Position numbers and translations under genes: made by a program
Notes under the pieces: model-generated
What the model was told of the DNA's origin: nothing
What the model saw: the letters and a program-made list of their open reading frames with translations, nothing else
Database searches by the model: none
Shown here: positions 26,251 to 37,600 of the stretch, in pieces
Numbering within the stretch: position 1 is the first letter of the stretch
How the letters are laid out: each line of letters starts with the position of its first letter
Assembly: GCA_964247055.1 (NCBI GenBank)
Contig: OZ176056.1
Span: 7,936,001 to 8,000,000 of the forward strand
Source: Paragordius varius
Taxonomy: Eukaryota > Animalia > Nematomorpha
Length of the DNA stretch: 64,000 bases
Direction of reading: 5' to 3'

Positions 26251-29200
26251 ATTTACAGTTCAAATTCACCCTTAAACAATTCAAATTCACCCTTAAACAA
26301 TTCAAATTCACCCTTGAACAATTCAAATTCACCCTTGAACAATTCAAATTCACCCTTAAATAAATAACATATTTTTTAAGATTAAAAATTACCTATATTT
26401 TAATATATTTTTAAAAAATAAAATTGTGTTTTAAATTAAGATAATACTGAAAAAAATAATTAATTATGCCATAAAGATTTATTTTATATTAATAATGAGT
26501 TATATTAGTTCGAAAACACATAATTTATTTTTAGGGTGAATTTGAATTGTAAATGGTATATATATATATATGTTTTTTTTGTTCATTCTGAACATATTAT
26601 CAAACGTTAAAAAATCTAAATATTTTTTACTATATTGTTTCTATAGGAAAATATAATACATTGGCTTAATACAGGAGGCACTAAACAGGGCTACCAATTT
26701 ACCCTCATGTGTGGGGATGGAACTAATGATGTAGGAGCTCTTAAAGCTTCACACATAGGTACTATATGGTCTGAGGGAAAAATAAATGACTTTAAAAACT
26801 ATTTTCTTGTTGAATTTTATAGGAATTTATAGAAATTTAACTATTTTTTGATATCAAAAACTTTTTTTTATTTTAGATTGTTATAAAAAACATTATATAG
26901 AAAAATGAGATTTTTTTCGATGATAAATTAAATATTTTTGACTTACAATGACTTTTTGTATTTAAATCAAATATTTTAAACGATTATTATATTTGAAATA
27001 TGAATCTATTAACCAAACGTTTTATTTAGTATAATTTTTGTTTTATCGGAATAAAAATATTTGGTTTTTTAATAAAAATTATCATATTTTTAAAACCTAA
27101 TTTTTTTCATATTAATATAAATTATCGTTTCATATTTGAAAATAAAAGTACAGTATGCATTTTAATGGTTGCTTTTTTCACATACTATAGTGGGGCAAAT
27201 TGCAACACAGTAGTGTATGGAAAAAACATAAAATATTGAATAAACAATTATATTTCATTTCTTTTTCCCATATACTACTGTTGTGTTGCAAATTCCCCAA
27301 CTATAGTGTGATTTAAAATGCATACTGTATTGTATATCATAATAAAAAATCAAGATTTAAACCTTGGCTGTCTTTTATAAAAAAAATTTATTTTTAAATA
27401 ATTATTTTTTACAGGTGTTTCCATATTATCGAATGGGCCCAGCAAATATATTCCACCTAAATTGATGACTTCCAAAAAATTTGATAATACTCAGTCCAAT
27501 AATGATTTTGTTGATAAATCGCCTAAAAATATTACAAAAGGACAGCCCTTAACTAAAAAAGAATTGTTTGAGCGAAAAATGGCAAAAATTAACAATCTTG
27601 AACACTCCTCCAAAGCAAAAACTCATGCTTCAAACAACGCAAAACATGTACAAACGCTGGAAAATACTAAGGTTTTTTTATCTATCTTTCCATTGGTATT
27701 TTAGAGTTAAATTTAAATTAGTTTTAATATATTGTGAAACTATTTTATTTTCTCTTAACTTTACTTGATTAGTCGACTTATTTTCTCAATGATACTTTTA
27801 GTTAATTCATTTTTTTATTATCTATATATAGGCTCACAATTGATTTAAATATTTTTGCTTAAATTGCGCATAGTATAATAGACGCTTTTGATTTTGAATA
27901 TTTAACTTTTCAGATTTCCTTAGGTTTTTTTTGTTTGCGGCATTTTTAATTCAAACAATAAAATATTTTATATAAAATTAATCTTTTAAAAGGGTGGGAT
28001 ATATATTTTTATACTTGTTAATATCTCGTTTTAAACGGAAACCTTATATACATTTATATTTATTGTCAAATAACCATTTTTCGAATGATTAAAGTGATTT
28101 TTTTGGTTTTTTAATATAATAAGCCTTTTTATTTAGAATCATTTGTTCGTTCATTAAAAGTGTTTGTTTTTCCTCCATTTTTATGCTAAAACTTTTAATA
28201 TGAGCTTAATTCAGTATTCATTATATAGGTTGCTTATTTCACACTATAGTTGATCTCGATTTGCAACATAGTAGTGTATGAAAAAAACAATCAAATCTTA
28301 AATAGTAATATAAGAAAGTAAAAATTGGTTATTCAACATTGTGTTGTTGTTTTTTTCCATACACTACTGTTGTGTTGCGAATTGCCCAATTATCGTGTGA
28401 AATAAGCAACCAATATAATGCATACTATATTTATCATCCATTTTATTAAAAAAAAATAACCATTACCCTACTTTTTTCATGTAGTAAAATGAAGATTTTA
28501 GCAAAGAACTGCTCATTATATATATCATTATTAATATTGTGATTGCATTAAATTATAAGGTTTTTTATATATTTTTTTTAATCGTAAAAAAATGTTTTTA
28601 TAAACCTATTTGTTCTTGTGTATATATATTTAACTTTCGAGTTAAAAAATGCGGGCATTAAAGTTATCTGTATAGTTAATTTAATCGAAACAACGAAAAC
28701 TACTCCAATTTTAGTATTAATTATATTTGAAATAAACACACTTTTTTTTAATTTTATGATAAAAATAATGAAGATATATATATAATTACAGTTTAAAATC
28801 ATATGTATTTATTTTTCTCAGAAACGTATCGAAAATTTAATGGAACAGCTTGAAAAAGAAGGGGGTAACTTAGAACCCGCTTTGGTTAAGCTGGGAGATG
28901 CCAGTATTGCTGCACCATTCACTTCTAAAACATCATCTATACAATGCGGTAATTTTTTTCTGTTTACAAATTGATAAATTTTATCAGTTTTTACAGAATA
29001 TTTATATTATTATAAAGACAACATAGGAATAAGTAATTTGTTTTATTTGGAATTTGAATAATTTTCTGTACAAGATGTGGTAATTTATTTAAAAATTACT
29101 AGGGTTCGTAGCTTTTTTATAACAGCAATTAAGATATTTTTAGTATTTTTTCACTATGTATAAAGACAAAAAATTAAATGTAAAAAATGGTAAGTAATTA

Positions 29201-31199
29201 ACCTTCTATCTTTCAATAATGCTGTATATACAAATTTGATTTATTAGTTTTTTATGTGTGCTTTTTTTATGAAATTTACTTTAGAAGTAAATATTTTGCA
29301 GTAATTTTGAAATAAAAACTAATGTTTGAAATATTATTTTATATAACCGATTTTTCTTAAATATATATTGTAAATACTTGGAAAAGCTTCTGTACATAAA
29401 AAATTATTAAAGTATAACCTTTATTCTTTATTATTTATCATTTTTATTGTTTTTGCTTTTTAGTGTGTGATATTATAAAACAAGGCCGATGTACCCTGGT
29501 TACTACGCTTCAAATGTACGTTATTTTGGCACTAAATGCCCTAATTTTGGCTTATAGTCAAAGTGTTTTGTACCTTGATGGAGTTAAATATAGTGATACT
29601 CAATCAACTTGTCAGGGTTTATTGCTCGCCATCTGTTTTCTGGCAATTTCACGCTCAAAAGTTTTTTAATTTTTTGTTTTAAAATATATTGAATTGTAGA
29701 AATTGGATTATTATTAAATAAATTTGTAAATTGCACTAAAAATTAATTTGTATATAATAATGAAAGTGACTTTTTATAACAAGAAACCTATATAAATTTA
29801 TATAATCTGTTAGATTAGAATAGTAAAAGTATTTAATTTAAAACACAATTATTGTAATTACAAAGTTACTAATTTACGTTGTATCTTATTTTAAAATCCC
29901 ATAATAGTTTATTTTAATTAGAATATGTTTTTTTTCACAAAAAAATCTTTTTATTTTAATTATTTCTTTTGTGTTTTATATAGCCCTTGAAGCATTTATC
30001 CGTGCAAAAACCTTTGTCCAACATATTCAATGTTGCTACACTGAGCACTATATTTGGTCAATTTGCTATTCATTTTGCTACGTTAGTTTATCTTTACCGT
30101 GAAGCTATATACCTATCCCCACCCAAGTATAAAAATTTCTTTTGGGTTATAATTTGAAAATGACTTTTTATTTTAATTTTTGGGGTATTTTGGATTTTTA
30201 TATTAAAAAACCACCAAAAAAATTTAATTTATTAAATTTATTAGCTAATTATACTAATTCTTATTATTATTATATATTGATAAAAAACCTATCGATTTTA
30301 AAAATTTAAATAATCTCAAAAAGGGGTGAGCCATGTATTTTTTCAAACGATTGATGTCATTATGAGGGGGTCATACACTCATTTATATCTAGCCAATCTA
30401 AAATATATTATATCATATATTCACCAAAAAATCGATAAAATTTTTTTATGCTTAGAGAGGAAGGATTCGTTAATCTTGAGGCCGATTTTAAACCCAATTT
30501 GGTTAACAGTACAGTTTATATTGTATCCTTAACTCTTCAAGTTGCAACATTTCTCATAAACTATCGCGTAAATTTTATGCTTAAAAAAATTATTTTTCAT
30601 ATTTTTTATTTTCATTTATCTTTGAATGGTTTTAATTTTAATTATATGTGTGATAACAGATTTTCATAATATTTATAATAGAAATTAAAGTGCTTTCTTT
30701 ATATTAATTAAATCAAGATTCTATTTTAAATTAAAAAATCACCCTTATTAACTATTTTTTTGTATAACTCAAATATTTTATAGGGAAAACCATTTATGGA
30801 AAGCCTGAAAGATAATAAAGCATTATTTTTTTCAATCTTGGTACCTTTGATTTGTGCATTTGCCTTGGCTCTTAATACGTTTCCCAATTTTACGCAATAT
30901 TTGGAGGTCGTCCCATTACCAAATCAAGTATACTCATTTATTAAAATAAATTATATTGGGGTTACCAAGACAATTAAATATTAATGAAAATAAATTTGCA
31001 TAAAATTAAAATTATATAACAAAATTTAAAATCTAATAGACTATCTATTATTTTTGATTTAAATTTTTGCAGCATAAAATATATTATTTATTTTTTATTA
31101 TCATATGTCTAGTTTAAATGGTTAGTAGTTAAGGTACTAATTGGAGACTTGATATCAGCCTACATACTCAATACGGCTATACACAAGTTTTTTGGATAA
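10046..31199 (+). CDS. ATP13A1: P5A-type ATPase (ATP13A1/Spf1, ER transmembrane-helix dislocase), 26 exons, 3828 nt, about 1275 aa
   Basis: Exons: 10046-10309, 10337-10423, 10451-10620, 11187-11306, 13062-13170, 13839-13908, 14391-14488, 15600-15792, 16887-17090, 17920-18057, 18802-18924, 19472-19681, 20545-20807, 22305-22408, 23406-23547, 23681-23798, 24523-24623, 24901-25035, 26647-26758, 27415-27671, 28822-28948, 29464-29660, 29984-30126, 30456-30567, 30784-30927, 31113-31199. All introns are GT-AG and phase-consistent. Motifs: [97 protein letters not shown]. Confidence 0.96.
12538..12927. mobile_element. MITE family A (CCATTTACA ends, 21-bp subterminal arrays)
   Basis: TA|CTATTTACAATTC...GAACTGTAAATGG|TA, with inverted arrays of TTCAAATTCACCCTTGAACAA. 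Confidence 0.85.
13962..14336. mobile_element. MITE family A, rearranged or partial copy
   Basis: Starts TA|CCATTTACAGTTCAAATTCACCC, has a second left arm at about 14124, and ends GGGGTGAATTTGAATTGTTC. Confidence 0.65.
14391..14488 (+). CDS. ATP13A1: ATP13A1 exon 7, actuator domain
   Basis: [36 protein letters not shown] motif. Confidence 0.95.
14869..15217. mobile_element. MITE family A
   Basis: TA|CCATTTACA...TGTAAATGG|TA with 21-bp arrays; colinear with 12538-12927. Confidence 0.88.
15770..16450 (+). repeat. Degenerate tandem copies of the ATP13A1 exon 8 3' end and donor
   Basis: The true junction ACTATGGGCCCATGTACCCTAAAAA|GTATGT (donor 15793) is echoed at donors 16118, 16294 (AACTATTGGCTTCGGTACGCTAAAAA|GTATG) and 16445. 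Confidence 0.55.
16500..16912 (+). repeat. Direct duplication of the ATP13A1 exon 9 acceptor region
   Basis: AAAAAATCAAAG|GTCCCGATAATGGATGC occurs with AG ending at both 16612 and 16886, with over 100 bp of shared upstream intron sequence. Confidence 0.85.
17003..17860 (+). repeat. Serial tandem copies of the ATP13A1 exon 9 3' half (M3 helix) plus donor
   Basis: The GTTGAAACTCTG...TATGTTTGGATATATG|GT block, or degenerate parts of it, recurs at about 17011, 17197, 17403, 17565 and 17800 with increasing divergence. Confidence 0.85.
17920..18057 (+). CDS. ATP13A1: ATP13A1 exon 10, M4 helix
   Basis: [41 protein letters not shown]5-type PPELP motif. Confidence 0.95.
18101..18247. mobile_element. 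MITE family B (CAGTATGCATTTTAATGGTTGC ends), internally deleted
   Basis: TA|CAGTATGCATTTTAATGG...CATACTG|TA followed by (TA)n. Confidence 0.75.
18802..18924 (+). CDS. ATP13A1: ATP13A1 exon 11, phosphorylation site
   Basis: [29 protein letters not shown]; catalytic Asp codon at 18864-18866. Confidence 0.96.
20875..21144. mobile_element. MITE family A
   Basis: 21-bp arrays at both ends; right end GTAAATGG|TA. Confidence 0.75.
21235..21853. mobile_element. MITE family A2 (CCATTTGCAC ends, 21-bp unit TTCAAGTTGGTCCTTGAACAC)
   Basis: TA|CCATTTGCACTTCAAGAGTGTCC...GGACACTCTTGAAGTGCAAATGG|TA, near-perfect long TIRs. Confidence 0.85.
22539..22739. mobile_element. MITE family B
   Basis: TA|CAGTATACATTTTAATGG...ACCATTAAAATGCTGCATACTG; whole element is palindromic. 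Confidence 0.8.
22987..23339. mobile_element. MITE family A
   Basis: TA|CCATATACAATTC...GTGTAAATGG|TA with arrays. Confidence 0.8.
24769..24881. mobile_element. MITE family B, short degenerate copy
   Basis: TATGCATTTT...CACACTATAGTTGGCAATTTGCAACACAG...CTATAGTG...AAATGCATACTA. Confidence 0.6.
25546..25799. mobile_element. MITE family A
   Basis: TA|CCATTTACAC...TTGTAAATGG|TA. Confidence 0.8.
25905..26196. mobile_element. MITE family C (CAGTAAAAAT...AAAGACAAATATTTT ends)
   Basis: Inverted ends CAGTAAAAATGGAATTTATACGGACAAAATG and CGTTTTGTCCATATAATATCATTTTTTATTG, flanked by TA. Homologous to 57753-58051, 13584-13815 and 53085-53350. Confidence 0.7.
26249..26556. mobile_element. MITE family A, inserted at a (TA)n tract
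   Basis: (TA)n|CCATTTACAGTTCAAATTCACCC with 4-5 left-arm units...TGTAAATGG|TATATATA. Confidence 0.88.
26647..26758 (+). CDS. ATP13A1: ATP13A1 exon 19, P-domain hinge
   Basis: [19 protein letters not shown]. Confidence 0.95.
27151..27327. mobile_element. MITE family B
   Basis: TA|CAGTATGCATTTTAATGGTTGC...AAAATGCATACTG|TA. Confidence 0.82.
28212..28427. mobile_element. MITE family B
   Basis: CAGTATTCATTATATAGGTTGCTTATTTCACAC...GTGTGAAATAAGCAACCAATATAATGCATACTA. Confidence 0.75.
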
Positions 31200-31895
31200 T
31201 TTTGTTATTATTAATTCGCGCAGACCTGCATAATTATTTTTATATTATTTATTACAATAAATTTTCTTTTAAATGGCTAAAAATTGTATTACAATAAATT
31301 AAAAACAACAATGATCCCAATAACATAAGGTAGTCTATTAAACATTCGATACCAGCTAGTTACATGTCCAATTTTTAAATAAAAATTATTAGCATCGATG
31401 ATTATACCTTTATGCGATTCATGATTTAAACTTTTATATGAAGCATTCGATTTTTTGTCAATAAAATGGTCCCTATAATAATAATTCAATTGAATTTGCG
31501 ATTACAAACATTTGTAAGAAAATTATTTTTTTCCAAGGATTTTTGTGTGTTTAGCTAGTTTTTATTGCTAAAAATTTAATTTCATAATCCTTTTAGGTAA
31601 TTTTGATGTTTTACAAATTAAAAAATTGATAAGTATAATTTAACGTTTTTAAAAACGAATATTTTTTTAAAATACACCATTTTTAATCTTTTCTTAATTT
31701 TTTTATATAACCATAGTTTTGGGTTGCAAAATAAGTAATAGAGAGCTAAATTGGTAATACCGTCATACAAATTATAAAGGTGTATGTAATATACAGTTTA
31801 TGCAGAAAAAATCAAGTATGGTTATCTTTAAGATATTTGTCGTTTAGTTAAGTTTTGTTTGTTTAGAATTTTTACGATATGCTAGGAGCAGAATA

Positions 31896-34211
31896 TCATA
31901 CTAGTTACTTTAAAAATGGAAAATGCTGGCTTAGTGATCTGTTTCCGGAAAACCGGTAGACCCATTCAAATCCAAATGTCGAAAAAATATAATCATTAAT
32001 GAATGCCCCCACAATAGCTTCGCCCTTTTTTGAATAAGGCCCCCAGTTCGGCACCCCGTGTAAAAAACGGCTTTTCCAAAAAAAGAAGTCCACAAAAATC
32101 GTGTCTTTACAATTTTTTCGGAAAATGTGTTGGATCATTCAATTTCAAATATGATTTTTGTTTATTTCCATATTCGGCTCGCTTTTTTAATATAGGCCCC
32201 CTTTTTACTCGCTCCCCCCGTAAAATGCCACTTTTTTCAAAAAAAAATAAGTTCACAAAAATAATTTTTTTATTCTATTTTTCGCCCAAAGTATGAGACA
32301 GTAAAAATTCAATAAGGATTCTAGGTATTCCCTGTTAAAAGGCAATGATAGCTGCTGGGTAAGGAGATACCCGCTAAAAACTGACCCGTCATATCGAAAT
32401 AGCGTGCTTTTGGGGCTAAATATCAAAAAACCTCTCAGGCCATATGAGTTTAATAACTGCTTATAATAATACCCGTAACAAGGCAAAAATTTAGATCGTG
32501 CAGATTTAAAAAATTAGACTTTAATTAGGCCCTTCACGCCCTGAAAAATGCGTCACCATAGAATGATTTTTCAGTTTTGAGGCAACTTTTCCAAAAACTA
32601 ATGAGAGCATATGAAGTCAATCATAATTCCAGGTATTCTCCGTAAAAACTTAAAATTAATCGAGCACTTTTTTGTATCAGCCCTTGGGTAAGAGCTTCCC
32701 GCCTAAAACTGCTTCACCATATCGATATAGCTTGACTTTGGAGGCAAATTTTAGATATCAGGCCATATAACTAAATATTACCTATAAAAAGGTAAAAATT
32801 CAAGTCGAGCGGATTTTTTAAATTAACCTTTAATTAGGTCTACGCCCTAAAAAAAACTATTATTTAGTTTTGAAGCATTCTTCCAAAAAATATTAAGAAC
32901 ATAAGGAATAAATGATATTCCAGGTATTACCCTATAAAGGTAAAATTTTTTATCGTACGTCTTTTTTATATTGGCCTCTGGGTAGTAGGCTACCCGCCAA
33001 CAGCTGCGCCACCATACAGCGTGACTTGCAAATTAAAATTTATCAGGCCATATGAGTTCAATAAGGGCTTGAAATATTACCCGTAAAAAGGCAAAAATTT
33101 AAGTAGACAAGTTTATTAAATTACCCCTTAATTAGGCCCTTGTCCTGAAAAAGGCGCCACCATAGAATTACTTTTTGGTTTTTGGGCAATTTTTTTGAAT
33201 ATACTACGAGAGCATGTGAAATCAATCATGATTCCATGTATTAATCGAATTAAGGCAAAAAATTTAATCGAGCGTTTTTTTGTTTCGCCCCTGGTTAGAG
33301 GCTATCCAGCTAAAACTGCGTCACCATATCGATGCAGCATGCCTTTGGAATCAACTTTTAGAAAACGTATGAGTCTAAAAGGAACATATGGAATCCATGA
33401 TAATTCCAGATAATATAAAGGCAAAAAATTTTCCCAGCGCTTTTTTATAGCTGCCCCTGGGCTAGGAGCTACCTGTAAAAAACTGCTCCACTATATAGAA
33501 TTTGCGTTGTTTTGGAGCTAATTTACAGAAAATTTATAAAGCCATATGCGCTCATTTAAAGCTTGAAATAATACCTCTAACTGGGTAAAAATTAAGGTCA
33601 GGCGTTTTTTAGCCCTTTTTGGGCCTTTATGCCCTAAAAATAGGCCATCATATAACGATTATTTAGTGTTGAGTTATTTTTTCGAATAACCCATGAGGCG
33701 ATGGTATCAAACATTAATCCCAAATATTTGCATAAAGGCAAACATTTTAACCCAGCGCTTTATATAGCTCTATGAGGGGTCAACTGAATTAAAACACGCC
33801 ATACAAAAATGGCGTGGTTTTGGAGCTAATTTTGTAAAAAAATTGAGGAGTGAGTTCAGTTAAACACATTTCTGGGGAATTTATATATCATTTTTCCCTT
33901 TAAAAAGGAACCATGATTTACTTTTTGTATCCCTTGATCCCAGCTGTGTGAAAACAATTTTAAAATAATAATTTTATCCATTCGTGAAGCGAAAATCTTA
34001 AAATAAATCCAATATAATTACTTTAATAAAGGACAGTTCGAGTCAATATTTGAGCCTATGTAAAAACCCTTAAAAGAATAATCAAAGATATTGTTTTTAT
34101 TTAATATGTTTTTTATTATTTTTTTATCTCCATTACCCCTATTTATTGCAAATTATTAAGAATAATTATTGGTAGGACTACGTCACAGCGAAGCGTGACA
34201 CGGCTAGCTAG
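31896..34211 (+). mobile_element. Non-autonomous Helitron (about 2.3 kb) with internal tandem array
   Basis: 5' end A|TCATACTAGTTACTTTAAAAATGGAAAATGCTGG. 3' hairpin GTCACAGCGAAGCGTGAC (34182-34199), then CTAG (34208-34211)|T. The 5' region matches the minus-strand element at 50962-51245. Confidence 0.7.
32320..33830 (+). repeat. Diverged tandem array of about 150-175-bp monomers (about 300-bp dimers) inside the Helitron
   Basis: AAAACTGCGTCACCATA-like motif recurs at about 32369, 32545, 32706, 33000, 33150, 33312, 33478, 33640 and 33790; AGGTATT and GGCCATAT recur about every 300 bp. Confidence 0.7.
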
Positions 34212-34546
34212 TAAAACATAAAAATATATAAATAAATTTATTTAATTACAAATTTTTGGGTAGAAAATGCAGTAATCAAATGAATATATTCATTCTATTA
34301 TAAAAATTTAATATTATGCAATCATTTATAAAATAAAGCATATATATATATATCAAAATTTATATGAAATATTTAATTGTTTTAAGTTGGGTATAAAAAT
34401 GCATAATTGTTTTTTGATACTTAAATTGTTATTGATTTTGCCACATAATTATAATATAAAAATAATATTAATTATGAAATTTTGAATATTGACTATAATT
34501 TTGATGCTTTTATCCAATTTTAGTAAAATAGAGTTCTCTATATCAT

Positions 34547-34636
34547 TTAAAATCTTTGACGAAATTTTTCATTTTGGTTGTTGTTAGCTCCAGTCTTTTC
34601 TTGTCCGGTGTTTCCCTCTCGAAATAAGTAGGATTG
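34547..34636 (-). CDS. Probable terminal exon of the minus-strand receptor
   Basis: Phase-0 acceptor, [29 protein letters not shown]; fits the phase-0 donor after LNTK at 34829. Confidence 0.6.
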   Translation of the reverse strand, partial: QSYLFREGNTGQEKTGANNNQNEKFRQRF

Positions 34637-37600
34637 CTTAATTAAGTATATATATATATATATATAACATAGAAACGGTCATCCCTTTCGAAAAAAATTA
34701 AAGTAGATTTGATTAAAAATAAAAAACTATACCGTTAACCGTTAAAAAAAGAATTATAGCAATACTATATAACATATGCCTTCAATATGGAAAATAATCA
34801 AATATTTAAAATATAAAAAATATTTTACCTTTGTGTTTAATTTTTGCACCAAATCAGCAACCCTGGTTTTATCTCGCTGTTCTTGTTCATTGTCTGTGTG
34901 TTTTAGCACAAAAACATTTTTTCCATTACTGGCATGATGATTTATTTCAATTTGACCATTTCTTATCCCATTGGATTCACATGGGTTAGCAGCCTGCGAT
35001 GATGAAAATAACTTGGTCGTATTCTCATATACACGCTCTGGTTTCGTAGGTTTAGCTGCTATTTTTGGTTTGGTCTTATTTCCATTAGCATTATTAACTT
35101 TGTTGGGGTTGGGCAGTTTCTTAGGGTCTTGTGTGGAGTTTTCGCTTTCGTACGTTGGTGTTATTATGTGCGCTTTAGTAGCAATAGGAACTCTGCTATT
35201 TTGATTAACATTTTGTGGGTCGGGAACTTTAACTTCGTTTTGTTGATGTTGTTTTAACGTGAATCCCGAAGAGTAGTGAGTTGGTTTAATAGGGGCAATA
35301 TTTTTCTTTTTATTATCATCAAAAGACAAGTCCAAATGTTTTTTCGGATTGTAGCTGTTTCGCTCATTCGGAACACTTCTTCTATCCAAATTACGAGGAT
35401 TTGAATTTGTAGAAAACACACCTTCAAAATAATCACTAAAACGTTCACTTTGATCACTACTAGTTGACGAAGATGCTCCCCTATTTTCTGGTTTCGCTGA
35501 CGAATCTTTTTTTGGTGATATTCCATTCGTTGGAGGCATAACTGGGTATGAATGCCTATTGTTATGAATGGTTCTTTGTTCTATAGCTCTAAGGCCATTA
35601 GCAGAAACGTTATTAGTTACTAAACCACCACTGCCAATATCTTCCCGACTGTCAGCATCATATTTATTACGTGCAGCATATGATAAAACAGATGTCAGGA
35701 GACTTTCCTCATGACCTTCTGGTATATCGTGTGCTTGCTTCATTTGCCGTCGAGTGTCACTTTTTACTGAAGACCTTTCACCACTTGGTGCGCCATTACT
35801 AAATTTTGTGGTTATAGTAGAGTGTTCGGACGAAGAATGAGGTGAAGACGAACTTGGTGTGCCGACAAATTCGTTTTCACGTCCTTCTTCGATCCCACTC
35901 CTATTTAAAAATGGTGGTGTGCTGTTTGAATTGCCATTGAACAAGGAATTACGGATGTAAGTTGATTTATTGGATGAATGAGGAACACTGCCTCCGCTAT
36001 CACTGTTATCGAGATTGGTTATGTGATGACCATTCTCTGCTGCATATGGGCGTACAAGCCCATTCTTATTGCCAGTATATTCGGAGGATGTTGAATCATC
36101 TTTTGAGGCACGTCCTACAATCTTTGACATTTTACCATTCCTCAGTTCTTTTTTGCGTTTTAGGTAGGCTCGTCTTAAAAAGATTGCTGCAAATGTCAGA
36201 AACAGTGCGAAAACAGCACAACTCGCAACAATGATTGCCCGTGTTTTTGTTTCCGCATTTGAAGCCGCATGAAGTCGAGATGTTTCGTGTTCTTTTCCTT
36301 TGTTTGAGACTTGTTTGATGGAATCTAGAAAACCAACTGTTATCCCAGTAGGGTCATATATAATATTACCAAAATTGCTATTACTATTTTCATTTGGTGT
36401 TTGTGGATGTTGAGTGACACTGTTAATTGAATACACAACATTGTCGTTACGAATAGGTTTATCCCGTGTTTCAAAATAGTTATCGAAAGATGATGCGTCC
36501 GATGTTTTATTATCGTGCTGCCTATCTATTTCTTGCGTTAAAAAATCTTGTTGATCTGTTCTTTTGGTCGATACTATAAATTTTATATTATTTTCCTTCA
36601 CATTCTCCTCGTTTGCTAGATTATCATTAGTTTGAAGCACGTATGAAGATGTATCATCAGTTTTAAATATATTTGCTGGTGTATTTATGTTTCGAATCGG
36701 TTGCTGATGATAACCAATAGGGATAGTATTTATGCTTTCTGGTTTATCGAATTCTTTGCCATTCTCATTATTAGGTAGTTTGGAAGTTTGTTGTACTGGT
36801 CTATATCTTTCCAAATCTTCCAATGAATATAGCGAATAAGATGATGTTTCTACACTTTCTTCCGTATTTTCTTTTGAGAATGGGGTTGTTTCAATGGGCG
36901 TTGTAGTAGTTTTATCATGGTAGGGGTCAACAGTTTCCTTATTGGTTACATCAATGATTTTAACCCATGGTGTTTGATATTTAACGGTTGATGCTTTTTG
37001 TTGTTTTTTGGTATTAATATCATCATTTCTCGCATTTGGCGTAATGGAATTAAATTCTTGTATTTGGGTTGTTGATGGTGTTGATCGTATTATGGGTCGT
37101 AAAGTAGTTGAATGAGTTAAATAGGTTTGGGATGTTTTAATTGTTGGTTCTGTATGCTCATAAGTAACTCTTGTTTTAGGAGGTGTCGAAAGAGACGTAT
37201 TAAGTGACTCAGAGACTGTTTTTTCTGCTAAAATATTTTGGGTAGTGGTCTTTTCTTCGTTTAAGACACTAGAACTCTCAGTAAATGCAATTGTTGTAGA
37301 AGATATTTTATATGGCTTAGTAGGGATAGCTTTGGTTGTGGTATCTGTTAGCTTAGCAACTGTACTTTTTGAATCATCATACTGAGATGTTGTTATTTTT
37401 GGTTTTATAAACGTTTTAAAGGCTGTAGTTTGACTGGGTTTAGGCGGCGTAGTTCTTTCACTGGTTCTTATGGGTAAATTTGAAGTAGTTGTTTCAGGAT
37501 TGTCAAATGCTGCTGAAAGGATTTGATCACTTAATTCAACATTTGATTGACGAGGTTGTGCTAAAACAGAAAATAAAATTTTATTTGATAAATTTTAAGT

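Noticed and set aside
26249-26356. Regular 21-bp direct repeats as a CRISPR array
   Set aside because: Units are head-to-tail with no unique spacers, are mirrored within TIRs, and the context is eukaryotic with no cas genes.
31250-31300. AATAAA as the ATP13A1 polyadenylation signal
   Set aside because: The hexamer is too frequent in this AT-rich DNA to be informative without 3'-end data.
33195-33413. ORF inside the Helitron as Rep/helicase or captured gene
   Set aside because: No HUH or helicase motifs; it lies within the tandem array.
34754-34828. Read-through hydrophobic C-terminus [13 protein letters not shown]... of the 689-aa ORF
   Set aside because: It follows a good donor (AAG|GTAAAA) and has intron-like composition; a phase-compatible terminal exon exists at 34636-34547. 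Not fully excluded as an isoform.
34971-36234. Overlapping ORFs 34971-35204(+), 35254-35526(-), 35962-36234(+)
   Set aside because: Antisense or alternative-frame shadows of the large coding exon with no recognisable motifs.
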